Source: Balanoglossus misakiensis (lineage: Eukaryota; Animalia; Hemichordata). From it: a stretch of 64,000 nt of DNA. Under the pieces are notes generated by a model. The model was given only the letters and a program-made list of their open reading frames with translations. It was not told the origin of the DNA and made no database searches. Both the position numbers and the translations under genes were made by a program. The DNA is taken from NCBI GenBank assembly GCA_040954595.2, contig CM082577.2, positions 9,139,846-9,203,845 on the forward strand. The letters run 5' to 3'. This document shows, one piece after another, positions 60,429 through 64,000 of the stretch (position 1 is the first letter of the stretch; each line of letters begins with the position of its first letter).

Positions 60429-61799
60429 CCGCCATCACCATCATCATCATCATCATCATGTAAATGTTAGATCAGAGGTGTAGGGATCTGGTCTCGCCAT
60501 TTCACATATTCAAAACTACTTGGTGGAATAGTTTTAATCGATTTCATCGGACGCAAGAATCTCTGGTCAATAACACGTCACCATGTACGATGACGGGTAT
60601 TAATCATACTGACAGAAAAATCAAAGTAAGTTACACTGTGAAACGCTTGCGGACAACATAAAAATATAAATCCAATCCTCACCAATTCTTGTAGAAACGA
60701 CGTCGACACTCCTCGCTGAGGTGCTCAGCCCACACGGTCTTCAGAGTGCGCTGACCTCGTGGTGTGTCGATGTATCCGACTATGCCAATTATCACTAGTG
60801 GTGGCGTTTCGATGATGGTCACAGCTTCGACTATCTCCTTCTTGTTCACCTCTGGAATAATTATTATATGTTGCAGAATGTGTAAATATCAGATCGCCCA
60901 TGTTATCAACAGAAAAAAAAAGTCGAACACGGTCATTAGCGACCGTCTAATATGCGCATGTGCATAATTTCATGTGTACAAACATTATATATACGTCCAA
61001 TCCAAATGTTCTGCCAATTTTGCGTTCGACGCATTCAAATAGTGGACTGCCTTCGCTTCGACCTACAAGCACTTTTTTACATTTCCAGGTTCAAATGTTA
61101 AAAACAACAGCACACTTTTTCCCGAATCTGGGTCTTTTTAATATCGATTCTCCCACGGCAAATAAACAATTAACATGTTTGTAATATTTTGGATAAGAAC
61201 GTTGCTCTTGAAATGCAAAATCAGGTGCAACGTTACAAAACAGGAACTGCCCAGTTCCGTTTCAAGGCAAATTTAGAAACTGTAACACTTCAATAGCGTG
61301 ATAAATTGAACTTACTCGACCCCGGCCTGTCCACGTCTCTCACAACGTGCGTCATGCCGGCCTTGTAGCCGACGAATGCGGTCAGGTGGCACGGCTTCGA
61401 CGGGTCGTCTCTGGGGAAAGACTTCAGTTTACCCCTATGCCTCTTGCTCCTCTTGCGTGGAAGGAATCCCAGAGACCCGTGACGGGGAGCAGAAAACTTA
61501 CGGTGACTCTGTGTGTGGACAGATTGTCGTTATAAACAGCGGTACCGTCACATTTGAGAGAGAGAGCGATATCTGAAGAACGCATGGCGTCAACATATTG
61601 TGTGCGTGTTTTGGCAATAGTCATTTTAATATTGCCATTTGCGATATAATATGCGATTACTGTTCCTGGAAAAAACACAACATCGGCGCATTACTTCATT
61701 TATTTTCAGCGGGTCGCATCAATTTCTACGGATGGCCCCATTTAACGTTGGCTTTTTGGCGATTTTTTTCCGCCATGTCAACGGCAACCTACTCACCAT
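57904..61799 (-). CDS. RPL3: 60S ribosomal protein L3 (uL3), 9 coding exons, 402 aa
   Basis: Exons 61797-61799 (ATG), 61316-61508, 60683-60851, 60101-60236, 59514-59700, 59070-59332, 58635-58730, 58317-58436, 57904-57945 = 1209 nt. Translation [21 protein letters not shown]...[21 protein letters not shown]...[13 protein letters not shown] is unmistakably uL3. Confidence 0.99.
60358..60459. repeat. (CAT)n microsatellite in RPL3 intron 3
   Basis: Directly visible. Confidence 0.97.
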
Positions 61800-61810
61800 A
61801 TTTCTCAGTC

Positions 61811-61825
61811 GGGGGGGAAAAGAGC
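61811..61825 (-). promoter_or_regulatory. TCT initiator / 5'TOP tract of RPL3
   Basis: The minus strand reads gCTCTTTTCCCCCCCgactgagaaatATG, the polypyrimidine start typical of ribosomal protein genes. A YY1-like ACATGGCGG lies just inside intron 1 (~61770). Confidence 0.85.
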
Positions 61826-62253
61826 GTGTTAGCATAGGTGCGGGGGTGACCTCGATTATCCCGTGGTTAAAGTAAAACAGGGGTTATCTTCGGAACGACC
61901 TTTAGGTCGAATCGAAACGTTAAATATTACCTCTACATGTATTTATTTCTGTATGGGGGTTACAATGAAAAAAAATGCCCCATCAAAAATAATTCTTATT
62001 TGTTTCATAATTGTCTTGCTTTTTTCAAAATTTACGAGTTACAGGAACCAGTGAAAGGAAGGTTACTGTATTTTCTATATTGAATGAAAACTACACCATA
62101 CTGAAATAAACGCCACATAGCTCAGTATCACAACCTGCATGTGTTCTTTATTTTTACAATTTTATTCGCTTCAGCATCTATTAATATGGAGAGTAGGAGT
62201 CTGCGGTAGCACATCCCTAGTTGGTCATTTACTTTTATTATCTCAGAAAAAAA

Positions 62254-63506
62254 TCACCATGGACGCGAATATCCGAATAGCTCATAGTCTAAATCATACA
62301 CTTGGTAAACCTTTTCTTTAAGCTCAGATGATATATTTCCGTAAAGGTCCTTCACTTTATCATGAGTTTTGCCTTGCGGGTGTTCACTGGCAGGGAAGCT
62401 CACCAAATCGGCAACTTTGGCCAATTTTAGGACAGACCCCGCGTCATCCATCAGTGTTTCGTATTTTCCGATGAAATCGAAATGGATGTGACATGGATTG
62501 CACAAAAGGTGATACTGTCTCCAATGTTGATTTAGCGGTTTTCTCTCTACTGTTCTTGGGTCGACTACATGCCGAAGAAATTCCTCGAATCGTACGTCTG
62601 TCCCGTCGTTATTGTTTGCCGAACTGTCGTTTCTGTATCGCCTGACTATTTCTTTTCCGTATCGACGAAAGGGGACATTGCTGCGGAATTTACTGAGAAA
62701 GGCAGACAGTAATCTTTCCATGGGTTCCCGGACAAAGAAGAATTTGAAGTAGTCGCGCAGGCGCACTTGTATTTCCTCGGCAGAGTACGAATCCAGTCTG
62801 CGAATGTAATTGTCGTGGTGTACATGCCGCATCTCCGCCATCGTTTTGTTGGTCTCGTTTCGCAGAATTGCGAGTACCCGTTTCCAGTTGGAACACGCTA
62901 CTTTGGGCACTGAACAGAAGAGGATCTTGTGCTTGTCTTCGACATAAAATTGTCCGATGTTCTTCTTGGTGAATTTCTTTGGGAAGAGTTCACAGATTTG
63001 CCGGACGTGTTCTTGTCGCTGCCGTTGTACGTCTCGCTGAAAATGAATATCATATACATTATCAATTTCTTGTGAAATTCGTAAAAATTAAATCTTTCTC
63101 GATTTATTTTTCTTGTCATTGAAATCCAGGCCTTGGCATGGTAAATCGAGTGTGGTTGTGAGCCGCATCAAATGTGAATTATCGTTCACACGAGCGGAGC
63201 CACACGAGGCGATGGGTGTGATGCGGCTCACAACCACACGTGTTGGATATACACGCCCATCCTAACCAAGAGGTGATATCGGGCCGGGGCGAAAACCACA
63301 ATACTTTGTTGTGTACTTACACGACTTAATGAGCCAGTTCTCTTTACGGTTATTCGTAAGTTGGGTAGGGAAACGTTGGAAAGCTCCCCGAAGCGGTAAG
63401 AAAATATGAACCACGCGCCCATGAAGACCAGACCAGCTGCAAACATGACACGTGCAGTCCTTTTCAGATCAGAAGGGCCTTCGTGACCGCGGAACGGACT
63501 GGTCAT
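62254..63506 (-). CDS. Golgi carbohydrate sulfotransferase (CHST8-14 / Sulfotransfer_2 family; CHST11/14-like), 2 coding exons, ~322 aa
   Basis: Exon 63321-63506 (type II signal anchor VMFAAGLVFMGAWFIFSY) joins in phase 0 to exon 62254-63036, which has the 5'-PSB motif VPKVACSNWKR, the 3'-PB motif FFFVREPMERLLSAF, and HWRQYHLLCNPC, FIGKYETL, YDLDYELFGY. Confidence 0.93.
63150..63239. repeat. Perfect 21-bp inverted repeat in the sulfotransferase intron
   Basis: gtgtggttgtgagccgcatca (63150-63170) / tgatgcggctcacaaccacac (63219-63239). Confidence 0.95.
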
Positions 63507-64000
63507 TTCCCTGCTGAAACCATAATACCGTACAGGAGCGCATATTTGAATTTGAATAAACGAATACACTTCTTCAAAACAGCAATGTGCAAAAGCCTTT
63601 CAAATTTTAATCAAAAACACTTATTATATATTATGACAAACAATATGAGAGTAAATTTGAAAGCAATCGAACTCCTGTGGCTATATTTTTCGCCACTTTC
63701 ACGAAGACAGTTTCAGAAATATTTTGGAAGAGCCGATGTGATGACGAGCCACTGCCGAGACAACTGCACCTGTTCTTTGAACAATTCCCGTTGCAAGTCT
63801 CTCCTTCATTTGCCTGTGAATGGGGGTCACCAAAATACTTCACCGTAGACAGTGTATGGGCGCATGTACTTATTCGATCTACATGTACATGTACAATCAT
63901 GCTGACGCTATTGTAAATGATTGTTCGTATGTTTTGTTCATAGACAGTAAACAAAAATGGTCGCTACGGTTATCAGAACTACATGTGCTTGAAAATGACA

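Noticed and set aside
60097-60459. Poly-Met ORF
   Set aside because: Translation of the (CAT)n microsatellite running out of frame into RPL3 exon 4.
57946-61796. Canonical intronic snoRNAs (U43/U83-type) in RPL3 introns other than intron 3
   Set aside because: I found no RTGATGA...CTGA pair with a terminal stem and no convincing H/ACA double hairpin on the sense strand. An Infernal search is needed to exclude them.

Overview
This is eukaryotic (metazoan) genomic DNA. It is intron-rich, AT-leaning and microsatellite-rich; the look suggests an invertebrate deuterostome, but the species cannot be determined from this sequence. I rebuilt gene models by hand from GT-AG splice sites and reading-frame continuity. 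(1) Two tandem minus-strand TRPA1-like ankyrin/ion-channel paralogs share intron positions and phases: a complete 26-coding-exon gene (7852-22399, ~1131 aa) and the first 12 coding exons of a second copy (89-6138) that runs off the left edge. (2) Four identical tRNA-Trp(CCA) genes: two antisense inside a TRPA intron and two intergenic, plus a 3'-half remnant. (3) A truncated, spliced P-element-like transposase ORF and several MITE-like elements. (4) Two plus-strand genes with uninterrupted ORFs: a 256-aa unknown protein and an ANKRD34/63-like ankyrin protein. (5) A complete RPL3 gene (9 coding exons, 402 aa, 5'TOP). (6) A two-exon carbohydrate sulfotransferase. The best lead is in RPL3 intron 3: a second strong 3' splice site adds an in-frame premature stop, and it overlaps two mutually exclusive hairpins, one of which hides the normal branch point and pyrimidine tract. 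This is a candidate RNA switch for splicing/NMD autoregulation. No prokaryote-type system (CRISPR etc.) is present. All functional statements are inferences that need RNA-seq or comparative checks.
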